From: Psammoneis japonica
Taxonomy: Eukaryota
DNA length: 59,567 nucleotides
Direction: 5' to 3'
Assembly: GCA_008632985.1 (NCBI GenBank)
Contig: QPGO01000042.1
Location: 496,001 to 555,567 of the forward strand
Shown here one piece after another: positions 1 to 12,400 of the stretch. Position 1 is the stretch's first letter. Every line of letters begins with the position of its first letter. The notes beneath the pieces are model-generated. The model was not told where the DNA came from and did not search any database. It saw only the letters and a list, made by a program, of their open reading frames with translations. A program made the position numbers and the translations under genes.

Positions 1-2
1 AG

Positions 3-1538
3 AAAAGCAACGGATGCTGCAAGGGAACCTTTGCTTACGAGGGAAACAAAGACGCATTAGGATTGGCTATCGACGCCGTTCCCGACGGTGTCGTCAACGT
101 CGGAGCTGCGGTCTTTTTGAGCAGCGCTCTTTTACATCTTGCCCGTGAAGCGGCAGGTTGTACAAACGAAATTCCAGAAGGCCAAGACGATGTGCCCGAA
201 TGCAATGGAAGGGTTTACGGCATTCGTCCTTCTTCCTTACTTACCATCTATGTTACTGTCATTGGATTCATTGCGTCTTTCTTGATGCCCTTGATAGGTT
301 CTGTCATGGATCACACGAATCGTCGTAGGCTCGTTGGAAGAGTTTCCGTGGGCTTTATGACTTTGATAACTCTATTTCAGTGTTTTGTGGGAGAAAAGAC
401 GTGGTTCCCGATCGCAATTCTTCAGGTTGTCTTTGCCTTCTTTACGTTTGTTCACATGTGTGTGACTTACGCTTACCTTCCAGAAATCACAGACGACAAA
501 GACAAGCTCATGAACTACACTTCAGGATTTAATATCATTAACAATGCAGCCATGGTTCTTTTCATCCTTGGGATTATTGCTGTTGCAACTTCTACTGGAA
601 TTTCCAATGACCCAGTCAAGACAGCTAGGGTTTCTCAATCTACAGCCTTTTTTCTTTGCCTGGTATGCTGGGGCTATTCATGGAGTCGCCTCATTTCCGC
701 AAGGCGAGCCTCACAGGAACTCGAACCAGGAGAATCTGCTTTATTCAAGGGCTTCAAACATGTTGTTCAGACTTCTAAGCTTATTGCAAGAAGCAAGGAC
801 ATGGTTGCAATAAAATGGTTCTTAGTTTCACACTCCTTCTCGAATGCCGCGGCACTAGCTTTGGCTGCCACGTCCATTACATACCTTACCGAGGAGATGC
901 AGTTTGAGTCGACCGAGGTTGGAATCGCTGTATTGATCATGTTCACGTCGGCAATCCCTGGTAGCAAGCTGGCGGTAGTGCTCTCCCGAAAACTGAATCC
1001 CGTTAGAAGCCTTCTCGCTTGTTTGAGTGTTTGGGTCGCAAACACTTGCATCATGGCTGGGGTACTATCAGGTCCTGGACAGCAGGTCCCTGCGTACGTT
1101 TTCTCTTCCATCTGGGGGGTTGCAGCAGGCTGGAAATTTCCAACCGAGAAAGTACTTTACTGCGCAATTATTCCAAATGGCCAGGACGCCGAGCTTATGG
1201 GAATTCATGTGTTTGCAGCTCAGGCACTTACCTGGCTTCCTCCGTTGATTGTCACGGCAATGAATGAAGCAGGAGTCAGTCTTAGGATTGGCTTGTTTTC
1301 TTTGTCGGCGTACTTCTTGTTGAGCATTGGCTTTGTGTTGCTAATGGGCAACTACAAAGCCGCTGTTGCTGCCGGTAAGGAACAGAGAGCTCATCGTTCT
1401 CGCGCTGAAACTGCCATATCTCAAGAGAGCAAGTTAGACTCAGATCATTACATACGAGGCAGTGTCTACATTGAGTCTTCTCCAGAGGAGAATGACGATG
1501 ATTCAGTTGCAGAATTGTCGAGTGATGAAAACGCTTAG
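3..1538 (+). CDS. MFS transporter, Atg22/UMF1-like (5' partial, frame open from window start)
   Basis: 491+ aa ORF with ~12 hydrophobic helices, MFS loop motif 'GSVMDHTNRRR', 'YAYLPEI' and C-terminal 'IPNGQDAELMG'; no stop upstream of 63 in this frame. Confidence 0.8.
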   Translation, partial: KSNGCCKGTFAYEGNKDALGLAIDAVPDGVVNVGAAVFLSSALLHLAREAAGCTNEIPEGQDDVPECNGRVYGIRPSSLLTIYVTVIGFIASFLMPLIGSVMDHTNRRRLVGRVSVGFMTLITLFQCFVGEKTWFPIAILQVVFAFFTFVHMCVTYAYLPEITDDKDKLMNYTSGFNIINNAAMVLFILGIIAVATSTGISNDPVKTARVSQSTAFFLCLVCWGYSWSRLISARRASQELEPGESALFKGFKHVVQTSKLIARSKDMVAIKWFLVSHSFSNAAALALAATSITYLTEEMQFESTEVGIAVLIMFTSAIPGSKLAVVLSRKLNPVRSLLACLSVWVANTCIMAGVLSGPGQQVPAYVFSSIWGVAAGWKFPTEKVLYCAIIPNGQDAELMGIHVFAAQALTWLPPLIVTAMNEAGVSLRIGLFSLSAYFLLSIGFVLLMGNYKAAVAAGKEQRAHRSRAETAISQESKLDSDHYIRGSVYIESSPEENDDDSVAELSSDENA

Positions 1539-2856
1539 AGTGTGTTTGCCACTTCTCGACGTATCACGGGTCACATGCTCCCGAGCGTTGCACACTCAAG
1601 TTCGTTTATTAAGAAATAACTAAGTGCGGTTTAACTCATGCACTTTTCCATCTGACGCGTCTTGGAATGAATCTCTTTCATTCCTTCCATCTGAAATGGA
1701 TTGTGGGCGCAACTTTGTGTCGACTTTCTCTGACCAGAGAGCCTAAAAACGCGTATGTACACATTACATACTAGTAGTCTTCCCACAGACTGTTTCCACA
1801 TGCCATATCCATTTTGACGAAATGGTCTATTTGAATTGCTCGACAAGAAACTTATCGCTAAGAAGCTTATCGTATGGCCGCAACTTTCCCCGACAACTTT
1901 CTGCTTATCCCCATGATGACAGAACTTCAAACTGCTTCAATAGTCCACCAAAGAATTTTCCTATGCTGCAACACCACCTCCTGACTGATCAGTGACTGTT
2001 GGGGCTTGATACGCACCGGCGGAGTAGCTGGGATCGGTGGCGTATTCTGTCTTTCCCTCTTTCGCGAGTCGACGCTGACGTTGTCTTTCCTGTGCTCTCT
2101 TTGCTCGAAAATAGTTTCCAATGCACAAAACTGTTATGAATCCCACTAAGAATACGACAAAAAGAATGGCCTGAGGGTTGAATGATACGGATAAAAGTAA
2201 CGGGTTAGTTTGATACCGGTATAGCTGGGCGCTTCATCGAACCCTTCGTTCAGTTTCCGTCCTTGATAATGATCTACTGTACAAACACGTACCAGCACCA
2301 CTTCGAAGATCGATCGTCCCCTTGACCGATATGTCATATTGACCTAATATTAACCACTAGAGTATCTCTCTCAATGCATTACAACAAAGAAGCTGCGATT
2401 GATTCCTTGATTGACAATTGGCAAAGTTGGAAAGTGCGCTGTCTCGTCTGTGCGATGGGTTCATGGTTACAGTACAGTACCGTACCGGTATGTAGGTTGC
2501 ACCGTAGTGGGCAATGCCGAACGTGACAATTAACATTCAGCTATGTAATCTATCGAATGATAGGACGTTATTAGACAAGTATCGGATAGATGACAGACAC
2601 TGGCTCGAACTGACAACATACCGTACGAAGTACGTACAACTAAACTGACAAAGCTCAAAACAAAATACATCGAGGCTCTATGCTACAGTACTCTCTACTC
2701 TATAGAGTAGACCTACTCTAGAGAGAGTAGATTGAAGATACTGTAGAGTTCATTTTACACCAGTACACTGTACTACCAGTTCTCGCAAGGTACTGTATTC
2801 TGTGCATCATGTGCAAGCAGTTCTCTTTCCACCGCAGTCTGTCGCAAATGCCATAT

Positions 2857-4054
2857 CTAAACCTTCCGGTGTAGTATGCTTACAGATCTAGAAAGATTCA
2901 TCAAGATAGGGCGTGATAAATCGTCAAGGTAGCTATGGAGCTCGATTCCGCTGAGCTGTTCATCCAAGGCTTCGCATCGAACTAAAATGGGAAACTTGGG
3001 AGTCGGTCGGATGGAGTCCTCTTCGCTAGGTTTGACGACAAACTCGAATTGACATTGCAATGGAGTGACGCCACCAGGTTCAAGTTGTTGTATCGACCAC
3101 GCAATAACTCGTTTCATGCCATCCCAAATGCCTTCACGTTCTGAAATTTTCACCGTCTCTCCATTGAGATCCGGAGGCACCGCAAGCAAGATTGCGAGAT
3201 TGGACAATGGTACGTTGTTGGACGGATTTGCCCTTATCTTTATCATCACGTTGCAAAATCCCTTGGATACAAACACGTTTGTTTTGACAAGCTATGGAGC
3301 AAAAAGATAATCAAATATAGCTGAGAAACAGCTCACTAACATATTTTCTGATTGTCTGAAACATACCATGGGGATCGGTCTCAAAGAACTATCACACACG
3401 TACGTGGCAACTGGAATGGATTGCGAAGCCGAAGGAGGGAGACTAATGCGAAAGACACGATCTCCTGTTCTGATGCTCTTTTCCTTTTTTCGATCCACCT
3501 CAAAGGTGATATCTTGGCAAACATTCGAGTGCTCCTGCAAACTATCTAAATGTCCATTGGCGTCACGCACTACGAGGCAGAATGGATTTCGAGTGCGCTT
3601 GCTGCCACCACGTACGCGTATCTATCACGTTGAAAACAAAACAATGGTGAACAAACTAAAAAAAGAAAGTTTCAGGATATATTTCCTCTGAACTTACGAA
3701 GATGGATCCATCCACTCGACCAGACGACGTGTTCGAAAATTCGTCGTATAAGCACGCAAGCTGTTCTTGGACGACAACCTGTACTGTATCCAGTTTCCCA
3801 GAAGCGCTAGGAACAGAAGCTTTCGCCGAGTCGTTAGGAAACTTGACCAAGAAATCTTGTGAATTTTTTCGATCTGCACTTCCAGCGGAGAAATCAAATA
3901 ATGTATTTGAATCAAAGGTGGTGTCAATATTTGCATTGCTCCCCCAAGCGGCACTTGTCCATGGGCTACGGCTATTCGTTTGCGGAGTTCCAAACTCGTC
4001 CTCCTCCTCTTCGCCAAAAGGGTCAAAGGTATTTACTACGTCTTTTCTACTCAT
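2857..4054 (-). CDS. Mu-homology-domain (muniscin/stonin/AP-mu C-terminal-like) protein; exons 4054-3698, 3621-3367, 3291-2857
   Basis: GT-AG introns join in frame; C-terminal 'IRANPSN..LSNLAILLAVPP..GIWDGMKRVIAWSIQQLEPG..FPILVRC' resembles MHD; N-terminal DPF motif. Confidence 0.7.
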
Positions 4055-4574
4055 GGTGAACGTAAGATGCTTTGACCGCTACTTCGTTACTCGTTACGCC
4101 GGGTGGGGGGGGGCTCAAGAGGCGATACGGCAGTACGTACAGTAGGAACTATGTTTCGTTTCTCGTTTCGATCGTCTCTCTCGTTTTCTCAGTGGGTTCA
4201 GTGGGTCGTCGGTTTTGATAGCGCGATTCCAAATTATTCTATTCCGTTCCGTATAGCTTACAACTTTTTATATCGATATAATCAGATATTTGCCTATCAG
4301 ATACTGAAGAAATAGGATCTTATTCCCACGACCCAGCAGTTCACACGTCGTGCGTTGAGCAAGAACACCAAAATATCAAACTGGCAAACACCATCCCCGC
4401 CTGGTTCACCACCCCACCATCGCGAAGCTCGAAGATGATACAGCACTCGACTTATTGCACATTTGCACTGCACACATTGTACGTAGAGTGAGTTTTCTGA
4501 GGAGTCTGCCGCTGATAATCCACATCCGTGATAACGACTTAGCAATATTTTTGTAATTGGTACTTTGGCAAAGC

Positions 4575-5829
4575 ATGCGGGGCAAATCAGATGACTTCGA
4601 TCCTTTTTCTCTGCGAGGAAACGCGGCCTTGGGCGGTGACCATCCTTCGAGGAAGGTTCAGGACTCGACAGCTGGGTCCGCTGGAAACGATGACGTGTTT
4701 GATCCTTTTGGACTTGGGAATGTGCCGACATTGGGAGATGACATGTCCAGCACCGCTTCTCCGAGACCTCCTCCTGCGGTCTTGAGATCGACTGACTCTC
4801 CCAGGAGAAAGAAGAAATCTGGCATGGCGCTACCTCCGAAGATAGTTGTTAAATTGACAACCCACGAAGAAGTTTCCTCTATTGCGAAGGGAGGCGGTGA
4901 CGGAGGATCCGAAATCAGTGTGGAAGGAACATTGCGTGTAAGCCTTGAAAGATGTGTATGAGCTGATGAGAGTTGGCACCCCTATCTGGATATCTTGCAG
5001 AAGCCAACACCTTGTTTTGTTCTGTCGCTACGCTTTTGAACGTAGGCCATAGTGCAGTCGTCTGATGCAAAGAAAAATTCGCCCTTTGCTCTTGTTGCAT
5101 CCTCCTTCCAGGGGAAACCTTTGACTTTTCAAGGAGCCGATGAATTTACTAGACTTTCTCCGTCCGTTCGGCCTACTCTCACGCCAGCACAAGCTGTACA
5201 TATTGTCACGATTCCCAAGTCTGCGGTATCTGGTGTAGACATTGGAAAATATACTCTTACGGAAGAAGTCCGACACATGCCAATCGTGAGTATGAAACAT
5301 AACGTCCCCCTTAGTGGGTTCCGCCGTTCCCAGTCCCTCGATCGTTTGTATGAGTTCACCTCCAACGCTTTTTTCTCTTTGCGTGTAAAATAAAATAAAG
5401 CTGGTGGAAAGGAAGACAACGTTTTACGGTAAACAATGCAGAGTGATGGTGCAGGTACGATCCAAGTTGAACAATATGGGTGACATGACTGATTTTACCG
5501 TTGTTGTGGCTATCCCCGAAAAAGTGAACGGCGATACCGTCCAGGTTACCCGAGGCAATGGCGTCTGGGATGATTTGAAGCGTACTATTAAGTGGAAACT
5601 ACCAATTCTTCCAACGGGTGAAAGTGCTATGATTTGCGCACAAGCAGAATTATGGACGCCTGTCTCTTATGAAGCTGATCATCCCGTATTTCCAGTGCTC
5701 TTGCGGTGCAGCTCGGCTCATGATCAAATAAGCAGTGCCCAGTTTCGAGCGATTGATGCTGAAGGATATCCTGCAAACGTTGCATACAGCAGGACAAGCT
5801 CATTTCGACTGCTACACCGACTGGTGTAA
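4575..5829 (+). CDS. Mu-homology-domain protein, paralogue of the divergent neighbour; exons 4575-4937, 5046-5285, 5401-5829
   Basis: In-frame splicing at GTAAGC/TAG and GTGAGT/AAG; 'VRSKLNN..FTVVVAIPE..GVWDDLKRTIKWKLPIL..FPVLLRC'; two FDPF motifs in the N-terminus. Confidence 0.72.
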
Positions 5830-6245
5830 CTGGTCAATCTTTTTGGTTTTTTGTCGAGTAAACCCAAGCGTTACCAAAGCCGTGGTTGTAGGTATTGCGC
5901 CATCGCGCTGTCTTCTAAATTCATTGTTTCACCGTACGGTACAAGCATATGCGTCGTTTTCAGACTAGATTGGGCATCGTGGAAGGTATTCAAACGCATC
6001 AGAATATTCCATTCATCTAGAGTAGAGGTATTTTTTCTCGAGACTAAAAATTCATACCATTTCTGCGCTCGCTATGATAACTTGCGCGCCTTGGCCTAAT
6101 CCTCAATGACATGGAATGAAAGCTACTAGATAAGTTAGTTAGACTACGAGAACTAGAAATCCAATTAAAGAAATAATTTTGTAGATCTGGAAGATTGGTC
6201 AAGGTACAGCAACCAGAAAGTAAATCACGTTGCCTAAGTTTGGGA

Positions 6246-7120
6246 TTACCACCTGGCCACGCGTCCAGCACGAGGAATCGTGCCCCAACCGGTGGCTCCA
6301 ATGGGAACCGGCAAATCGCGTTCCGTGTACCACGCAACAACTTCTTCCTGTTTGTCCCACCAATCAGGATAGGGAAGCTACAGTACATCAAATGAATAAC
6401 ACAAGGAAGGTGAGTCCCCGTATAGGCACAGAACACCGTGACAACAAAAGGAACAACTTACATGATCCGGCATGTTCGCGTCCAAACTCTCATTGAGAGC
6501 CGCATGGTTTGCAGACATGGTTGCTCGCAGACCAGTTGGATCGTAGTCAGAGGGGCCAGTAGCAAAATTCCCTTTGTTTCCTGGGCTAGAAGCCGGTTCG
6601 GCCAATTGCTCCTTCATTCCTTTACGTCAGGATCATTCTCGTCAAGAAGCTCCAGTTTAATAGCCTCCAATTCAGGGTGCCTGAATGCAGGATCCAGTCC
6701 ACGTCTTCCCGTATCGCGCTTGTAGTAGCAAGTATCATAGGGATCCTCGCCTGCTTCAGTCTGAGGCATGCGGACGGGACCCTGTGATCCCGGACTCGGG
6801 TAACGAAACTGGGCCGTCATGTTTGGGTCGTCCTTCGAGATCGGAACCTTTGTCGCGGGACGAGGAATCTGCTCCATATCGTGAATATCATCCGGACGGT
6901 AGTAAATGAGTTTACGATACTTGTCGAAATTCTCCTGTCCAAGCTTGTCTTGCAAAAAAGACTCCACCCATCCTCGCCACGGCATCATGCTTTTGCTGCT
7001 GGCCTCGCGTCCCGGCTGGACACTGGCGGCCTCAGACGCCGACACAGCGCGTGGTCCGGTCACCGCCTTCACAGCGTTCTTTGCAACGGTCTCACCCGCC
7101 TTCTTGAATGTCACTGTCAT
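6246..7120 (-). CDS. Conserved protein resembling complex I accessory subunit NDUFA7/B14.5a; intron 6461-6378, apparent -1 frameshift at ~6617; possible extra 5' exon 7232-7193
   Basis: 'FRYPSPGSQ...YYKRDTGRR' resembles the NDUFA7 YYxRDxRR motif; last exon reads LPYPDWWDKQEEVVAWYTERDLPVPIG...RW*. Confidence 0.5.
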
Positions 7121-7471
7121 GGTTTCCAAACAGAAGATGCCTGGGTCGAAGCAATAGTATATGTACCAGAAAGATTACGGATACCTACGTACGGTCCAGT
7201 GCCATTGTGAGCCGCAAGAGCTGACGAGACATAGTAAAGCACGCGCTCTTATTTTTAGTAAAATGTTTTTTCATGAATATAGCTATTTTTATATATTCTG
7301 CGAGGTTCAATAGCGTAAAGATAGCCCTTTGTGGTGCGTGCGTTGTTCGCTTCTCTACGCACTGTCCAATACAGTTTCTACGAATGTGACTTTGTACTGG
7401 TACGGTCGGTATTGCTCGCTGTGTCGCACTCCGCTGCTTCACTCTTCTCAACGATGATGCAGCAAGTAGAC

Positions 7472-9390
7472 ATGGAACCCGAAGATAAACAATAGAACAA
7501 GATGACAACGCTCTGAATAAACAAAGAAAGAAGCTAGAAACATTCACGACATCTGGATGTGGTTATGGACGAGCAAAGGAAAAACGTTTGGATGTCTTTT
7601 GGAATTTTCTTTGGCCGAAGCTCGAAAGCATTGGGTGGACTAAGGTGGGTACTGTAGTGCTGTTGCTACACTTGCTAAGTTATTATCGAGTTTTCGAAGC
7701 GGCACTCGAAAGCATTTCCACACCTTCTCGCTATGATAAGGAAAAAATGCGGTTTGCATTCCACCAATTAGCACTCTGTGTCACATTTTGACTAATGGTA
7801 TTTGAATATCCTTCCTTCAGAATTTCGCCTCGTTCTCCCAGTTCCTGCCTGTCCGTCCGTCTCCATCTTCGTATTGAACCACGTAGATGCTACGTGCCGT
7901 GATTTCAATCTCTTGCTCTAGCTACAGTAGCTTGCTTTGAACTCTAGCTAGTAGCTAGAGTCAAAAAGAGAATACTTGTTTTTTTTTAACCATTGCACTG
8001 GTGATTCTCATTTCACTAAACGCAGGTTGATGGTACAGGTGAAAATGACGGGGCAACATTCTTTTTGCCCTTGGGTGTTGATATGAACACGAGCAAGAAA
8101 GGAAGTTACTACAATCGGATCAGAGACGTGATTGACCAAATACTGAAAAAGGAAAGCGACTATGAATCTGACCTAGCTCATGAATTCTTATTAAGAATGG
8201 GAGTAGAGGAAGGTGCAGTTACCGATAAGCCCGTTCCAACTCAACGTAAAGAAGAAGACTCCGATCACGGTCGCCGCCATTTACTCCCGAGCAACGCGCG
8301 CCAGAACGACTTGATCTGAGCTGGAAAACAGCTGGATCAGCGTTTCCCAAGACATCTAGCCGCATTGGCACTGACTACCAAGTTGGACATATCCCGGCCG
8401 CAGGATCGCACAATATCACAGAAACCGGTGAGAAGCTGTAAGTAGTTTCATTATCAGTTTCGTAGCTACGTTCTGCCCATGCCACGCTCCCGTTCACTCA
8501 CAGTTTCTTAACATAGCAGGTACGATCAAGTTTGGGACCCACTACGAGCAGAAGCAGCTCATGCACTGGATTTTGCTCACAACACGGCCCCCCAAAACAA
8601 GAAAGAGGCCGGGATGGTATTGCTTCACTGGAACGGCTACAACGTTGATAGTCTGGAGGCGGATTTGAAGAATGCAAGTCCCACAGATGGTTCTGATTGG
8701 ACTGCAGAAGAAAAGAAAATCTTTGAACGTGAAATATTCCGGCTTCGAAAGGATTTTCACGCTCTTTCGAAGTCTATGAGGAAGAGTGTGAGTAGTTGTC
8801 TCACGTATTATCTGGGAACATTCAAGAAATCAGATGGCTATCGTATCCTGAAAACTGTTTGCGCCGAGGAAAGAGCAGAACGGCAGGCAGCAACAGACCA
8901 GGGCCTGGACGCATGTTCCATTTGTGGAGACGGGGGGGAACTGTTAATATGTGACTCGTGTGATGCTGAATATCACATGACTTGTCTCGTGCCACCGCTT
9001 GCTAGTGTCCCAGACGGTGACTGGCAGTGTGAAGACTGCATTTCGGAGAATTTTTTGAATGCAAGAGACTATCTCATTCATAATATGGGACTCTTTGAAG
9101 CTCTTGGCAGTATAGACAAACGAACGAAGCTAGAAACTGGGGATTGCGGACAAGTTGATATTTCGGCAGAGAGCGAGTCAAAAAGTGGAAGCGACTCAGT
9201 GGGGCTTCTAAGCGAAAGTAGTGCCGACGAAGCGCCATTCCGGCCAACTCCGGCCACCGTAGATGCTATGAAGAAGTTTGCCGAACGCATCAACGCGGCT
9301 CTCTCGATGTCGTCTGATAACCGTTCCACCGAATCATCAGGCGCAGATCAACTGGGAGCCACTATTGGCACGGCAAAGGAGACGCCTTAG
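7472..9390 (+). CDS. ELM2/SANT + PHD-finger chromatin protein; introns ~7645-8025 and 8438-8519; two apparent -1 frameshifts (~7487, ~8249)
   Basis: ELM2-like 'SRIGTDYQVGHIP', SANT 'WTAEEKKIFEREIFRLRKDF', PHD 'CSICGDGGELLICDSCDAEYHMTCLVPPLASVPDGDWQCEDC'. Confidence 0.8.
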
Positions 9391-9822
9391 CAGTTACTGA
9401 CCACGGAGACTAGTTGGCGCCATCGTTTGTTTAAAACCGTGGACTTTACCTTGCTGGACTTATGAATCTAGTAAACATCCAGCTAGATGCTAAGCTTCGA
9501 TGAAGAAAGATAGAGTTATTCGCGAGAGATAATGCTGAAAGAGTCAAGGATTTGGACCAGTAATGTAGCATGTACCTTAGGGCCTACGTAGCTCTCTGGA
9601 TTAGCGAGTACTTCTCCACCTCCTGCTTCTGCTCTTGTGGTCCATCCTGAACCTGAACCCTTGCTTACTACACCCAACAACTCGCGCAATGCACGCGCCA
9701 GCCGAAGCGCACTTGCAATCGCAGCTCTCAACCATCGTCGCGCTAGGGTTGTTCGATTCACACTTTCACACTGGTCAGAACTGGAGACGACCGTCACTTA
9801 AGTCAGCACAGTGGGTAGTATC

Positions 9823-10812
9823 ATGGTTTCCCTTCTTTTGACGGCTCAAAGGTATCTCCACCACAATATTCATGTTTCTCGATGGTCAGCTTGCATTTTG
9901 GATGCCCGTGCTTTCAGCAACAGTGGGCTAAGGTTAGCCGATCCATCTCAACGCGTCTGCGGCGTTACCCAGTCCGACATCGAGCAAGACCCCAGAATTG
10001 CCGCGTATTTTGCAGCGAACTTCCCCGACAAGAACAAAGAGTTAGAATTGGACACAGTGGTCGAAACAGAGTCTTCAACGGATGAAGACGAGGATAAGGC
10101 AGAGTCTGAAGCTTCCCGTCTTAATGTCCGTTCCCTTTTTTGCTTCAAGAGAGATCACGAAGATGAAGATGGGTCCCGTCGGTCTCGTCAGTTGAGAGCT
10201 CAGGGTATTATTCCTGGTCTACTTTATGGTGGCGATCCCAACTTAAACATTTTTTCTCATGATCCAACCAGCAAAACATTCGTCAAGACTCCTTGGAATC
10301 AACTTCACCGAGAGTTAGGCAGGTATCATCGACACTTTGAGAGCCGTGTGTACGATTTGACTGTTTTTGAGCATGCCGAAGATACAGTTGGAAGTGTCCA
10401 TAGAGTTTTGCCAAGAGATGTGCAAAGGCATCCTCTTCAAAACAAGGTCTATTGCGTCAACTACCTGCGATATTTTCCGGGTCGACCAATTAAAATTCCG
10501 ATCGTTTACATCAACGAAGAAGAGAGCCCGGCCTTGAAACGAGACGGCTACATTGCGCCAGTGAATCGATTCGTCGAATGCGTTGTAGAAGATGGCATCC
10601 CTATTCCTAAGCACCTGGAGTTAGAGTGTACAGACTTGCGTCGAAAAGATGTGATCCGTATGAGTCGAATCATCTTTCCCGATGGCGTTAAACCGAGTTG
10701 GAGAATCAAAGACCCTGATCAATATCTGATTGGAACAGTTTTCGGACGATCAAGCGCTGAAATCACTGAGGAAGTTGAAGAAGTCGAGGAAGAGAAGACC
10801 GCGGAGGAGTAG
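9823..10812 (+). CDS. rplY: Organellar (probably mitochondrial) ribosomal protein bL25/CTC family
   Basis: 'SRQLRAQGIIPGLLYGG', 'VLPRDVQRHP', 'IKIPIVYINEEESPALKRDG'; N-terminal transit-like extension. Confidence 0.85.
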   Translation: MVSLLLTAQRYLHHNIHVSRWSACILDARAFSNSGLRLADPSQRVCGVTQSDIEQDPRIAAYFAANFPDKNKELELDTVVETESSTDEDEDKAESEASRLNVRSLFCFKRDHEDEDGSRRSRQLRAQGIIPGLLYGGDPNLNIFSHDPTSKTFVKTPWNQLHRELGRYHRHFESRVYDLTVFEHAEDTVGSVHRVLPRDVQRHPLQNKVYCVNYLRYFPGRPIKIPIVYINEEESPALKRDGYIAPVNRFVECVVEDGIPIPKHLELECTDLRRKDVIRMSRIIFPDGVKPSWRIKDPDQYLIGTVFGRSSAEITEEVEEVEEEKTAEE

Positions 10813-10858
10813 CATCATTCCTTACAACTATAACGCGTTCAGCTTCACACTTATGCTA

Positions 10859-11899
10859 TCAACTTTCTTCGTCATCCGATTCTGCGAGACGCAGATAGTC
10901 GGCTTCGGGTGTTTGGGCTGTAATGCATCGTGGAGCTAGTGGAGAACTGTCGGCTCCGTCTGCAACACGCCGAAATGCCAAGAAAGCTTCCGCTGGAGGC
11001 ACCGGTGTCAGCAAAGCTATGTCATCTTCATCGATTTCCGAAGCCGATGATTGATCCCTCTTTCGAGCGGAGTACAGGACCATCGCTGATGGAACAATGG
11101 TTGGTATCCATACAAATCCCACCCACCATAATAAGTCTGGCGGCTTTACTGTGCTAGAATAGAGCAGTCGGATCAACCTGATGGACAACCAAGCACTTCT
11201 TGTGACGTAGCAGAAACCGCACAATACCATAGGCAAAAGGGGCTTGAGGAGCAAAACCATTCGAGTCAGTGTACCCGTCTGCGGAAAAGCAGAGAGCTGT
11301 AGGATACTCATGGCAGTGATGAAAACACAAGTGAAAACAAGAAGAGTGTGAACACCCCACGCCAAGCTTTCCGAAAATAAACAGACCCGATATATCCACG
11401 ACGCTTGCTGGTAAGTTAGCAGATCCAAATTGCTGGAGAGCAGAGTCACTGCTTCCAACAATGAGCAGAAAATCAGGAGGATGCAACTTAATATCAACAA
11501 AATTGGAAAACCGTCCAGCACTATATTCCGCTCAGCAGTGCTGACAGCACGTGCCTCCGCCGACGTTCTGAACCAAAGGACTGTCACCAACGAAAACGCC
11601 ATGAATTCGAACATGGATCGACCAATCATATCAAGCATCACGTGTCCCCATTTTTCTGCGTTGATTTTGCTAGTGCTGAGCGGACAGAGACCGGACAAAT
11701 CAGCGTACGCGGCCATCTCAACAGACATGCCAATCCACAGTAAGATGTGGAACACTCTTCTTGGTTTCAGCCACGAATTGAAACCATTCTCTCTATTGAT
11801 GCACCCGGCGAGATGAAATAGCAGTCTCCATGATGCTACAGACCACAGTGTCCCTGAAAGGAACAGCCCGACAGAACCCGCAACTGATGATGACACCAT
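10859..11899 (-). CDS. Multi-pass membrane protein, TOM1/THH1-like
   Basis: ~7 hydrophobic segments; 'RRVFHILL', 'FMAFSLVTVLW', 'FVWIPTIVPS'. Confidence 0.5.
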   Translation of the reverse strand: MVSSSVAGSVGLFLSGTLWSVASWRLLFHLAGCINRENGFNSWLKPRRVFHILLWIGMSVEMAAYADLSGLCPLSTSKINAEKWGHVMLDMIGRSMFEFMAFSLVTVLWFRTSAEARAVSTAERNIVLDGFPILLILSCILLIFCSLLEAVTLLSSNLDLLTYQQASWIYRVCLFSESLAWGVHTLLVFTCVFITAMSILQLSAFPQTGTLTRMVLLLKPLLPMVLCGFCYVTRSAWLSIRLIRLLYSSTVKPPDLLWWVGFVWIPTIVPSAMVLYSARKRDQSSASEIDEDDIALLTPVPPAEAFLAFRRVADGADSSPLAPRCITAQTPEADYLRLAESDDEES

Positions 11900-12400
11900 G
11901 ATTGAAATGTTCTGTTGCTTGTCTCGTCTCTCGCCTCGCTGATGACTGACCGAACTTGGACGTTGATCGTGGGCGTGTCTGCGCGCGGACATACGGTAAA
12001 GTGCGTGTACGTGTAGATCGTGCGTAGATTTGTACCATGCACGTAGTGCTGCGTCCGGGTGAGAATTGGGAGGAACAAAAACCAAGAGCTGATATCGATT
12101 GATACTGTTGGCAATGAGGCCCGATTATCGCCACGCGTTAGAAGTCTGAGCTGCTAGTTTTCGAGCGATACGATGCTGGCGCAACGCTCATACAAGTTTT
12201 CTGCTCAAAAAGTACTGGAATCATGTATTGGATTTCAATGTAGCACCCTAGTTTATGATTCAAGAAGCAAGTGCCACGACAGGTTTCGTCGTGCCGGTGA
12301 CATCGTTCGACACAGGTCAAGGCATTGAACGATCCAACAGAGGCACAAATGATGAGTGTGTCGGTTCAACCTCTATAGCTAGAGGAAGAATTTCCATTGG

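Noticed and set aside
1600..2450. Short ORFs between the MFS and MHD genes
   Set aside because: No recognisable motifs or consistent splice structure.
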